Assembly (NCBI GenBank): GCA_012862495.1
Contig: BLSG01000100.1
Location: forward strand, 1 to 46,354
Direction: 5' to 3'
Source of the DNA: Thraustochytrium aureum
Lineage: Eukaryota
DNA length: 46,354 nt
Below are positions 11,301 to 21,533 of this stretch, one piece after another. A program made the translations under genes and the position numbers. Each line of letters starts with the position of its first letter. The first letter of the stretch is position 1. The notes beneath the pieces were generated by a model. The model was not told where the DNA came from. It searched no databases and saw only the letters and a program-made list of their open reading frames with translations.

Positions 11301-13707
11301 CCTGCAAAACAGCTTTAGCAGCCTTGGTCTCTCCACCGTGCTAACGCTCATCTTCCTGTTCGTGGCAACGCGGAACTGGCGCGTCACCCTGCTCGCCGGG
11401 GTCTGCATCGGCGGCATCTCGGCCACCGTGCTCGGCTTTGTGGTCATCGTCGGCTGGAAGCTGGACACGATCATCAGCGTCAGCATTACGCTCCTCGTCG
11501 GCTTTGTCGCAGACTACACCGTCCACCTCGCTGTCGCGTACGACGAGGCTTTCCGCGAAAAGGCCCTCTTTGACCGCGCCTCCAAAGTCGACCACGTCGT
11601 AAACACCATGTCGATTTCGATTGCGGCTGGTGCTGCTTCCACGTTTGGGGCCTCGGTTATGCTCTTCCCCACCACGATCCGTTTCTTCCAGCAGTTTGGC
11701 GGCTTCCTCAGCCTCGCTGTTGCGACCGCGTTTACTTGGTCGCTCGTTTTCTTCCCAGCGCTTCTTGCCGCCTTTGGGCCAGACGGGTCAGACGGCCGCA
11801 TCCTCGCGCGTTGCGAGACCGACCGATCGATCGGCCTGTACGACCTGCGATACCACGAGCCGCGTACGCGCCGCGGCAAGCGACTCGCTCTGCTCGTCGC
11901 TGGGTTCGTCATCGTTGCCGCGTACATTGCATCCATTTTCGGCTTTGCATACCGCACGGGGGCGCTGTTCTTCGAGCAAGAAGTGGCCGCGCCGCCGCCG
12001 GTTGTCTCCGTCTGGCCAGATGTCGGCGTCCCAAGTGTGAGCCAGCTCGACCCTGGCCGCTGGTACAGGATCACCCCGGGTGGTGGCGCGGTTTGCGCGC
12101 GGGGCGAGCCCTTCTCGTTCTTCGTCAAGCGGGCCACCGTGCCAGACGCGGAGCTCGTGCTTCAGTTCGACAGCGGCAACGTGTGCTGGAACTTTGCCAC
12201 CTGCCGAGCCGAGCGACGGCTGATCAGGGACACCGTTGGCTTCGCAGAGGCTTCGTTCCGCAAGTCTTTCCTCGGGGAGGGTCAGAGGCAGGGTCTTGCA
12301 GACCCGGAGGGCCCTCACAGCGCCTCGCACGTTGTGTTCGTGCCCCTCTGCACAGCGGACTACCACTGGGGCAACAACACGAAAGACTATGGCAGCGATG
12401 TCGTCATTCATCACAAAGGCGCGGTGAACAGTCTCAGTGCGCTACGCTGGACGCTGGCCGAGCTCGATGATATGGACGTGTCCAGTGTGTTGATGACGGG
12501 ATTAGACTCGGGGTCCTACGCATCGCTCCTGTACTCTACCGTTGTCGCCTCGTGGCTCGAGTTTACTGGCCGCGATGACATTCGTTTTGTCCACCACGGG
12601 GACTCGGGGATGGGTCTTTTTGCGCCAGACTTTCTCCAAGCAGCCGTAGACTCGTGGGGGGTGCGCGTCGACAAGACCATGATCCCAATCGCTATCAATG
12701 GGACGGTGGTTGAGGTGCCAATCTGGCTCCTCAACCCCGACGGCATGGCCGATTTCTTCAACCTGACGCGCCAGTTCAACTTTACCCAGCTCAACGAGTG
12801 TCTGGAAGGCCAGGCTAACACCACACTGTCTCGGGAGGAAATCGTTGATCTCTTTTTCGGCGGAGAGCGGTCCGCGCTGATTGAGTCCTGTACAAACGCG
12901 ACGTTCGGCTCAGATGGATTTTGGGACATTTTCGACGGTGCACCAATTGTAATCGGCGCGGACGACCTGGGCCTTGGAGGCTCCAACGGCGGCTCTGGTG
13001 GAGCTGGGGGCTCCGGCGGCGGTGGTGGTGGCGGCGGCGGCGGAACGAACGGCACGAGCGGGACTGGCCCAGTCGACTGGCCCGAGATTCCGTGGGAGGA
13101 GTGGGTCAAACAGACTTGCGGAAACCTGTCGTTAACCGAGTTCAACCTCACGGGAACACCGGAGGACAATGCAGGCCTGATTGACGTCGGCGACTTGGCC
13201 GCTTGCTTGAACTTTACTTTGCCCAACAACTTTACAGGTTTCCAGCCGGGAGACTTTTTATTCGACGGAACCAACCCTCTGCAGCTCATCCCGTCACTGT
13301 ATCTGCTGTCGGCGCTGCGTTTCCGCAGGCACGCCTTTTCGCAGTTTTCGTCCGCTTACGACTACGAGGCAACGCGCAATCTTGCCGTTCAATATCTCGG
13401 GGACGTGGTGCCAGGGGTGACAATTAACGAGCAGCGGCTGTACCACGACGTGCTCACCCTACTGTACGACATCTACTTGCCGCTCATGCCACGCAACTAT
13501 CACCACTTTCTCTGGCACGGCGACACACACGGCCATCTGGACTGGGACCGGCACTATCGCGTTGTCAACAACTCGCTGTATCAGAGCATCGTTGGATGGT
13601 CTACCGGTCTCTCCACGGAGCGCTTACCACACTCCTGGGACTGCCGCATCGAAGGGGAGCGCTGTTTGGTTGGCGTGGACGAGCGCGTGCAGCCAGAGTA
13701 CTTTTGA
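8391..13707 (+). CDS. Dispatched/Patched-family RND (sterol-sensing) transporter fused to a C-terminal pectinacetylesterase/Notum-like domain; apparent frameshift at ~8950 and an internal N gap
   Basis: ORF 8391-8993 (TM1 plus loop) joins ORF 8839-13707. TM4 motif IFVVLGVGADDCFIYVDAFKQ, motif TMFVTTMTT, TM10 motif GFVADYTVHLAVAY, and a second TM bundle. An extra TM is followed by WYRITP..AVCARGEPFSFFVK..QFDSGNVCW..TC, VFVPLCTADYHWG, HHKGAVN and HGDSG. The start codon is uncertain. Confidence 0.85.
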
Positions 13708-14223
13708 AGGGGTGGTTGTTGATGCAGGGTACGCCTGGGTCGCGTTCCCACACGCACGACTGCCAAGACGCGGAATGAAGCGATCTTGCTGGCCCTGAGG
13801 GCGTGAGCTTGGGTAGTGCCAGGCTGGAGAGCGTAGCGTGGTCGTTCGCAAGCACGCAAGAGGATCTGTCTCTAGCTCCAGTAGAGAGAGCGGAGTCGCA
13901 AGAGCGACTTGGTCTTTCCTTGGTTTGAAATTGCAAGAGCAAACAGACGCCATGACGATCATCGAGATAGGTATCCGGATGGCTTGTGCTGCTCTGGCGC
14001 GATGAGATCAAAAGGAAAAGAAAATAGATCCCTCTCTATNNNNNNNNNNNNNNNNNNNNNNNNNNNNNNNNNNNNNNNNNNNNNNNNNNNNNNNNNNNNN
14101 NNNNNNNNNNNNNNNNNNNNNNNNNNNNNNNNNNNNNNNNNNNNNNNNNNNNNNNTGGCGCGATGAGATCAAAAGGAAAAGAAAATAGATCCCTCTCTAT
14201 ATACTCTGGTACCCCTGGGGTTC

Positions 14224-14305
14224 GTTTCGGCGGGGGCGAAACCTCAGCAGCGTGCCTCGAGCGCGGTAGAGCTCGTTTCGGCAGGCTGTGTCATTGGCCG
14301 GAAAC
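14224..14305 (-). promoter_or_regulatory. Eukaryotic type II SECIS element in the 3'UTR of the RGS-TM gene
   Basis: The minus strand reads GTTTCCGGCCA-ATGAC-ACAGCCTGCCG-AAA-CGAGC-TCTACCGC-GCTCG-AGGCACGCTGC-TGAG-GTTTCGCCCCC-GCCGAAAC. AUGA is at 14294-14291, followed after 12 nt by AAA (14278-14276). There is a 5-bp apical mini-stem, helix II pairs CAGC/GCTG and TGCC/GGCA, the 3' UGAG is at 14246-14243, and helix I pairs GTTT(C)CGGC/GCCGAAAC. Folded by eye. Confidence 0.8.
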
Positions 14306-14345
14306 CACGCGAGCGACACCCAAAGGACTTTCAGCATCTGGCTTG

Positions 14346-15318
14346 CTACGGAATGAGCAAGATGAAAACCATGACCACAATGTCAAACATGCACGCGAAC
14401 GCCATCATCTTCCGGGCGCGTTTCCGGAGGAGAATCCGAAGCGCTGGGTTCAGCTCTGCGTGCTCCTCAGATTTTCCAGGAACCCGACAGTGCTTTCCAA
14501 CGCTCAAGCAAGGTCGTCAAACGCTGTGGCGCGTCTCGCAGGACAGTCAGAAAGTGTGCGCATGCGGTACAAATCCATATCAACCACGCCTGCAAAGCAA
14601 AAGAGCAAACCCTACTCACCGGTCGACTGACGCGGATATTCTTCGCGGCAGCCGCGTATCAGACGCGAAAAAGCGCAGAGAACAAGTACGAACTGCCAGT
14701 GTGAAGCGGCAGCAGAAGCACGAGACGCAACGCGAACGGTGCCCCGAAATGCTTCATTGCTGCAAAGAGTGCCCCCGCCAGAAGAAACCAGATCAAGGAG
14801 AACGGAATCCTCGCGCAGGCCACAGACTTGGGGATATTGTAGCTGCCTAGGTCCTCAATAAATCGCGGGAACGCGTCGATTTCAATGCTCTCTTCCACCT
14901 CGCTCTGCGCCGCTTCGAAAAGGAGCGGGTCGGTGTGTTGCTTGGCCTTGCCCAAGACCTGCGCCCGCGTAGCGGAGTTTATGTTGACCTCGTGCTCGGC
15001 CCCGGGCTCGACAAACTCTTTCACAATGATGTCGCGCATCGTCGTGGCGTCCGTGGGAGTGCTAACGCTTGCTGCGCACAGCTGGCCGCGGAGCCCACAC
15101 ACATAGTTGGGGTCGGCCGCCATGCGAAACGACTCAGCGGCGTCCCAGAACAAAATACCCTCTTCCGCTTGCTCGTCCTCCAAGAACCTCTGCAGCTCCT
15201 GTTTGAGTCCGGGCGGCGAGTCTCGCAGCACTTCCTTGAGGCGGAGGTCGAGGGCCCAGGCATTTGGTGCGTGCTGCTTCCGCGCACTGGCATCCGCAGG
15301 GTGTACTTGCCAGCCCAT
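14346..15318 (-). CDS. RGS domain plus three C-terminal TM helices (Rax1-like architecture); candidate selenoprotein with in-frame UGA at 14661-14659
   Basis: RGS box LKEVLRD..ELQRFLEDEQAEEGILFWDAAESF...EFVEPGAEHEVNINSATR...LFEAAQSEVE..DAFPRF, then two TMs, then FRV-TGA-YAAAAKNIRVSRP. A probable 96-nt intron lies at 14619-14524, followed by RLTTLLERWKALSGSWK. After a +1 indel at the A-run (14475-14472) the frame reads SEEHAELNPALRILLRKRARKMMAFACMFDIVVMVFILLIP-TAG. The first in-frame ATG is at 15318. Confidence 0.8.
14524..14619 (-). other. Probable spliceosomal intron (96 nt)
   Basis: Donor CCG|GTGAGT, CTGAC branch-site motif about 25 nt before the acceptor, and acceptor CACAG|CGT. It is phase 0, a multiple of 3, and contains no stops. 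Confidence 0.65.
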
Positions 15319-15698
15319 CTCGTCCACCAGCGGGGCGAGCGCCGCCCCGCGCCGATCGTCCACGAGGATGGAACGGGTACTGCGCTGCCATGCGCGACTT
15401 TACTGAGTTGGGGAAACCGATGGAACACCTGCCCGACCGAGTTCCTGTCCGTTGAAGAGCGGCAGCAGCTCACGAGTCTCTCGCTGCTTCGCTTTAGTGA
15501 GCAGCGCTGACGTCGTCAAACTCCAGGAACTCGACAACGGATACCGCACAGTTGCCACACTGCAGAGAAAACGGGATGTTCGCAACACTCAACGGCTCGC
15601 AAGCCGAACTGTTTCGCGCCTTTTCTAAAGGAATCTAGCGTAGTAGTGGCTCTGAGCTCAGCTCAAGAGCTCGAGCGGTGCGGGGTTCGTTGACTCGG

Positions 15699-16571
15699 TC
15701 AGCCCAGCGCCGGCTTCATGTACATTTTGAAGAACGATGCGCTGCGCGACGTCGTCACGTTGCGCTCGATGAAAATCGGCGGCGTGCTCATGCTCTGCTT
15801 TGCCGACGTACTGTTGATCTGCTTGTACAAGAAGGCGAGCTTGTCCATCCGCTCCCGAGAGTCAAACGAGTCGTATTGGCTCCGTAGCTTGTCAAGGCGC
15901 TTCATGCGCGCTGTAACAAGCGGGAAGTCTTGAGCGCGCTCCTCGTCGTCCAGGATACGGGCGAGCGGCCGAGACGGAGCGACGACAAGCGTCTGGCTCC
16001 AAGGCTCCTTTGTCGCTGGGGTGCTCCGTGGGAGCATGGAGAACTCGACCTTGCGCTCGGCAGAGTCGGTGTCTTGGAATTGCGGGGAGTACCCGTACCC
16101 GTACGCCCCGTACGTAAAGTATATCTCGAGAGAGACGTTGCCGACGGGGCGGTGGCACTTGAGCACAGAGAAGGACCCCGCCGACGGCGCGCCCTTGACG
16201 AGATCATGCACGTGAAAGGGCACGGATCCTAATACATACTCGGAGTTGTGAATTGCCACATTGAAGGGGACGTGATGTGGCGCAGCAATAATGTCGACTT
16301 GGAATAGATTGAACGGGTGGCGCGGGTCGCGGATCACACGAAGTGGAAAGTATGCCATCTCGCCCCACGCGAGTCGCGACCCCCAGCGCTTGGCGTTCTC
16401 CGTGTACTTTGTGATGTTGCGAACGCGCAAGCGCGCGAATACAAAGGCGTCCTTCTCTGTCGCCTCGCGCACGTCGGCCGAGACAACCTTGACGGCAAGA
16501 ACGCCGCTCACGAGCGGAAAGGCGTTCTCGCCGTCCAGGAGCTCGGCGACCTGCTTTGCGGCCTCGGCCTC
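15699..16571 (-). CDS. C2-domain protein resembling C2CD6/ALS2CR11 (CatSper-tau); 5' end in N gap
   Basis: C2-like strands GVLAVKVVSA..FVFARLRV..KYT..LAWGEMAYFPL..VLGSVPFHVHDLV..VGNVSLEIYF, followed by TYGAYGYGYSPQ, which resembles the post-C2 motif I recall for the C2CD6 family. Confidence 0.6.
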   Translation of the reverse strand, partial: EAEAAKQVAELLDGENAFPLVSGVLAVKVVSADVREATEKDAFVFARLRVRNITKYTENAKRWGSRLAWGEMAYFPLRVIRDPRHPFNLFQVDIIAAPHHVPFNVAIHNSEYVLGSVPFHVHDLVKGAPSAGSFSVLKCHRPVGNVSLEIYFTYGAYGYGYSPQFQDTDSAERKVEFSMLPRSTPATKEPWSQTLVVAPSRPLARILDDEERAQDFPLVTARMKRLDKLRSQYDSFDSRERMDKLAFLYKQINSTSAKQSMSTPPIFIERNVTTSRSASFFKMYMKPALG

Positions 16572-17502
16572 NNNNNNNNNNNNNNNNNNNNNNNNNNNNN
16601 NNNNNNNNNNNNNNNNNNNNNNNNNNNNNNNNNNNNNNNNNNNNNNNNNNNNNNNNNNNNNNNNNNNNNNNNNNNNNNNNNNNNNNNNNNNNNNNNNNNN
16701 NNNNNNNNNNNNNNNNNNNNNNNNNNNNNNNNNNNNNNNNNNNNNNNNNNNNNNNNNNNNNNNNNNNNNNNNNNNNNNNNNNNNNNNNNNNNNNNNNNNN
16801 NNNNNNNNNNNNNNNNNNNNNNNNNNNNNNNNNNNNNNNNNNNNNNNNNNNNNNNNNNNNNNNNNNNNNNNNNNNNNNNNNNNNNNNNNNNNNNNNNNNN
16901 NNNNNNNNNNNNNNNNNNNNNNNNNNNNNNNNNNNNNNNNNNNNNNNNNNNNNNNNNNNNNNNNNNNNNNNNNNNNNNNNNNNNNNNNNNNNNNNNNNNN
17001 NNNNNNNNNNNNNNNNNNNNNNNNNNNNNNNNNNNNNNNNNNNNNNNNNNNNNNNNNNNNNNNNNNNNNNNNNNNNNNNNNNNNNNNNNNNNNNNNNNNN
17101 NNNNNNNNNNNNNNNNNNNNNNNNNNNNNNNNNNNNNNNNNNNNNNNNNNNNNNNNNNNNNNNNNNNNNNNNNNNNNNNNNNNNNNNNNNNNNNNNNNNN
17201 NNNNNNNNNNNNNNNNNNNNNNNNNNNNNNNNNNNNNNNNNNNNNNNNNNNNNNNNNNNNNNNNNNNNNNNNNNNNNNNNNNNNNNNNNNNNNNNNNNNN
17301 NNNNNNNNNNNNNNNNNNNNNNNNNNNNNNNNNNNNNNNNNNNNNNNNNNNNNNNNNNNNNNNNNNNNNNNNNNNNNNNNNNNNNNNNNNNNNNNNNNNN
17401 NNNNNNNNNNNNNNNNNNNNNNNNNNNNNNNNNNNNNNNNNNNNNNNNNNNNNNNNNNNNNNNNNNNNNNNNNNNNNNNNNNNNNNCGAGCGACCAGCAA
17501 GG

Positions 17503-19015
17503 ATGCAGGCCATCCATGTGTTTGAAAGTTACCAGAAGGCGCGGCAGACGTTTGCTCAGTCCGTGGCCGACATGGCTTCTCGGCCGCAGAACATAGAGTT
17601 TCTGCAGAACGCGGGCGTGATGCAGCTGCTGAGGCCGCTGCTCCTCGACAACGTGCCGAGCATCCAGCAGACCGCGGTCGCTTGCGCTGGGGCGGCTGGC
17701 CAACTATTCGGACGACCTCGCGGAGGCGGTCGTGTCGAACGACATCCTGTCGCAGCTGGTCACGTCGTTGTCGGAGCAAAACCGGTTCTACAAAAAGGCG
17801 GCTGCCTTTGTGCTCCGGTCGGTGGCCAAGCACTCGCCCGAGCTGGCGCATGCCGTGGTGGACGCCAGCGCGCTTGGCTCGCTGTGCAACTGCCTCGAGG
17901 AGTTTGACCCGAGCGTCAAGGAGGCTGCGGCATGGGCGATTGGGTACATTGCCGGGCACACGTCTGAGCTGGCCACCGCGATCGTCGACTCGGGCGCAGT
18001 CCCGCTGCTGATCCTGTGTATCCAGGAGCCCGAGCTGTCGCTCAAGCGCATCTGCGCTTCGGCGCTGTCGGACATTTGCAAGCACTCGCCGGAGCTCGCG
18101 CAGGCCGTCGTGGACTGCGGCGCAGTGCCGTACCTGGCGCCGCTAATCTCGCACAACGACGCCAAACTGAAACGGCAGGCGTGTGGTGCTCTGGCGCAGA
18201 TCGCCAAGCACTCGGTTGACCTTGCCGAGATGGTGGTGGAGGCAGAGATCTTCCCGAACATCCTAACCTGCCTGCAGGACGACGACACGTATGTCCAGAA
18301 GAACGCGGCGACCTGCATCCGCGAGGTGGCCAAGCACACCCCAGAGCTTGCCAAGTTGATCGTCAACGCGGGCGGCGCGGCGGCGCTCGTCGACTACGTT
18401 GCCAACTCGAAGGGCAACATCCGGCTGCCGGGCATCATGGCGCTGGGGTACATTTCGGCCTTTTCCGAGACGCTGGCCCTCGCCGTGGTCGTCTCCAAGG
18501 GCATCGAGCCGCTCAAGGACGCGCTCATCCACGAACCGGAGGACCACATCAAGGCCGCGGCGGCTTGGTCGCTTGGCCAGGTGGGTCGCCACACGCCAGA
18601 CCACGCCCAGGCCGTGGCCGAGGCGGACGTGCTCCGGCGCCTGCTCGCTGTGTACATGTCGGTGGACAGCTCGGAGGACCTCAAGGTCAAGGCGAAGCGG
18701 GCGCTCAAGGCGATTCTGAAAAAGTGCACCGCGCTCGGCGCTCTGGAGCCGCTTATGCGCGAGGCGCCGACCAACATTGTCAAGTACATTCTGGCGCAGT
18801 TTGCCAAGGTGCTCCCGAACGACCGCGTGGCCAAGCGGTCGTTCGTTCAGTCGGGAGGCCTCCAGATGGTGCAGGAGCTCAACGAGACGGTCGGCGCGGA
18901 GCTCGCCGAGTCGATCCAGGCCATAAACGCGTGCTACCCGCCCGAGATTGTCGAGTACTACTCGCCCAAATATGCGGACAAACTGATGCAGATGATCGAC
19001 GACCCGTCCGAGTGA
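17503..19015 (+). CDS. SPAG6: Sperm-associated antigen 6 / PF16 axonemal central-apparatus armadillo-repeat protein; one extra base at ~17678
   Basis: VFESYQKARQTFAQSVADMASRPQNIE..LLRPLLLDNVPSIQQTA in one frame, continuing LALGRLANYSDDLAEAVV..SLSEQNRFYKKAAAFVLRSVAKHSPELA..CLEEFDPSVKEAAAWA...CYPPEIVEYYSP in the next frame. Confidence 0.95.
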
Positions 19016-19512
19016 GCGGCGGCTGGGCGCGCGGACCGGGCGTGCTAGAGGCGCCAGGACCGCTGCTTCTAGCGGCCTCTCTGTGCGTGTGCTGTGCGGG
19101 TCGGGTCGGGTTGGGTCGAGGCTTTCCAAGAAACATCAACACAAATAAGAAACAACTTTTTGATCGCCAGCGGCTCGTGCCTTCCTTCGCGTGCTTCGCG
19201 AGGAAGTTGCCTGGGCCAACTAGTTTGATCCGCAAGCGATCATCATCGCGACGTGTGCCGCGAACTAGTCGTGTCCGCAACGCAAGGTCATCCATCATAT
19301 GGGAACCTTTGACGCGCACTAGGCTCCCAACCTCCCTCTGGGTTGCGTTGGTCGGGCGTGCAGCCTCAGTGGCTGGCGAAGCGAGACGCCCCATTGGGTT
19401 CATTTTCTGCCTTGCCCTTTCGTTCTGGATCAAGTTTGGGAGGTCGCGCCTTCCGTCGCTTCCGCGCAGCGTAGCAACACTCAACCACATGGACGTTTGA
19501 GAAGTTGGAGCT

Positions 19513-20078
19513 TCACGTTGGGCCCCGAGCAAGTTGATTTCGCAGGGCGTCGAGGCGCGCCAGGAGCCTTGCCCGCTCCTCATCGCCAGCGCGTTCGTTG
19601 CGCTGCGCGATCTGGGCTTCGAGCCGCTCCAGCTGGGCTGCAAGATCAACGAGGCTAATTTCAACCGGCTGAACTGCGGCACGACTCTGGGTCTCTGCGC
19701 GGCGCTGCTCCCTGAATGCATGTCGCGCCTCGCCCTCGAGCGCGGTAGCCCGGCACAGCTTGGCTACCTCGGCGGCGCTCTTCGCAGCACTGTGCGTCTC
19801 GCCAGCGCAAGCTCTCGCGGCCTCTGCGTCCGGGAGTGCCACGGGCTTGGCCAGCGCCTCTCGCAGTCGCGTTTCAGAGCGCACCGCGCTCGGGCCCTGC
19901 GTGAGGCGTCAGTGGCCTCGAACAGCAGCCCGGCAAGCCAAGTCAAGCCAGCCAGCCCCGGCTCGGCGCGCGGTCGACTCACGTCAAATGCCTCGGCGAC
20001 CGACTCTTGCGCGGCGCCGAGGTCGAAGGCCGCGGCAGCCCCTGTCGCGAGCTTCGCGAGCGCGAGGGCAGCCTCCAT
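19513..20078 (-). CDS. Hypothetical alpha-helical/coiled-coil protein, probably frameshifted at ~19890
   Basis: ORFs 19764-20078 and 19513-19884 join into a helical protein ending in heptad-like LVDLAAQLERLEAQIAQRNE..LLARLDALRNQL. No family recognised. Confidence 0.35.
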
Positions 20079-21399
20079 CTCGTGGGTGGGCAGACCTCGC
20101 GCGCGCAGGCGACCTACCTCTCTCGAGCGAGCTAGCGAGCCTCAAGGAGCGAGCTCCAATCTGGCAGCGGGTGGGTAACGGCGATCATTCGCTCTGGGAG
20201 TCCCATCGATGTGCGGGAAGCCAGCCGCCAATGGATGTGTCTGGCGACTCCGACTCTGGCCGAACAACGCACGCACGTACCNNNNNNNNNNNNNNNNNNN
20301 NNNNNNNNNNNNNNNNNNNNNNNNNNNNNNNNNNNNNNNNNNNNNNNNNNNNNNNNNNNNNNNNNNNNNNNNNNNNNNNNNNNNNNNNNNNNNNNNNNNN
20401 NNNNNNNNNNNNNNNNNNNNNNNNNNNNNNNNNNNNNNNNNNNNNNNNNNNNNNNNNNNNNNNNNNNNNNNNNNNNNNNNNNNNNNNNNNNNNNNNNNNN
20501 NNNNNNNNNNNNNNNNNNNNNNNNNNNNNNNNNNNNNNNNNNNNNNNNNNNNNNNNNNNNNNNNNNNNNNNNNNNNNNNNNNNNNNNNNNNNNNNNNNNN
20601 NNNNNNNNNNNNNNNNNNNNNNNNNNNNNNNNNNNNNNNNNNNNNNNNNNNNNNNNNNNNNNNNNNNNNNNNNNNNNNNNNNNNNNNNNNNNNNNNNNNN
20701 NNNNNNNNNNNNNNNNNNNNNNNNNNNNNNNNNNNNNNNNNNNNNNNNNNNNNNNNNNNNNNNNNNNNNNNNNNNNNNNNNNNNNNNNNNNNNNNNNNNN
20801 NNNNNNNNNNNNNNNNNNNNNNNNNNNNNNNNNNNNNNNNNNNNNNNNNNNNNNNNNNNNNNNNNNNNNNNNNNNNNNNNNNNNNNNNNNNNNNNNNNNN
20901 NNNNNNNNNNNNNNNNNNNNNNNNNNNNNNNNNNNNNNNNNNNNNNNNNNNNNNNNNNNNNNNNNNNNNNNNNNNNNNNNNNNNNNNNNNNNNNNNNNNN
21001 NNNNNNNNNNNNNNNNNNNNNNNNNNNNNNNNNNNNNNNNNNNNNNNNNNNNNNNNNNNNNNNNNNNNNNNNNNNNNNNNNNNNNNNNNNNNNNNNNNNN
21101 NNNNNNNNNNNNNNNNNNNNNNNNNNNNNNNNNNNNNNNNNNNNNNNNNNNNNNNNNNNNNNNNNNNNNNNNNNNNNNGCACGTACGCACACCACTGGCG
21201 CGCGCCAGAGCCGACGAGCACGCGCGGCCCACACACCGGCCGGGCAGGCAGGCAGGCAGGCAGCAACGATCAACGGCAACGGCCTGGGGCGCGGAGCAGG
21301 ATCCTCCTCGTTGGCCTGTGGACAAGATCCATTCGTCGCCGCTCATCGCTCGCAGGTCCATCGCTGGCGCGCGCGCGCCGAGTGTGCGTGCAGGCGTGC

Positions 21400-21533
21400 G
21401 TGCGAGCGAGCGAGCGAGCGAGCGCGTCCGGAACAGAATCCTTGATTGATTGATTGAATGATTGATTGAAGGGGCAGGGCAGCTCGATTGATTGATCCGC
21501 CGTGCGTTGACGTTGACGTTGACGTTGACGTTC
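21400..21533. repeat. Compound microsatellite (GCGA)n, (GATT)n, (GTTGAC)n
   Basis: Visible simple-repeat tracts. Confidence 0.8.

Noticed and set aside
13995..14200. Identical ~45-bp sequence (tggcgcgatgagatc…cctctctat) on both sides of an N gap, resembling a direct repeat or LTR
   Set aside because: The copies abut the gap edges exactly, so they are most likely overlapping contig ends (a false gap).
14467..14469. Second in-frame TGA in the RGS-TM gene as a possible second Sec
   Set aside because: Read-through gives a low-complexity frame, whereas the +1 frame encodes the expected basic stretch and terminal TM. An A-run overcall or an alternative acceptor explains it better.
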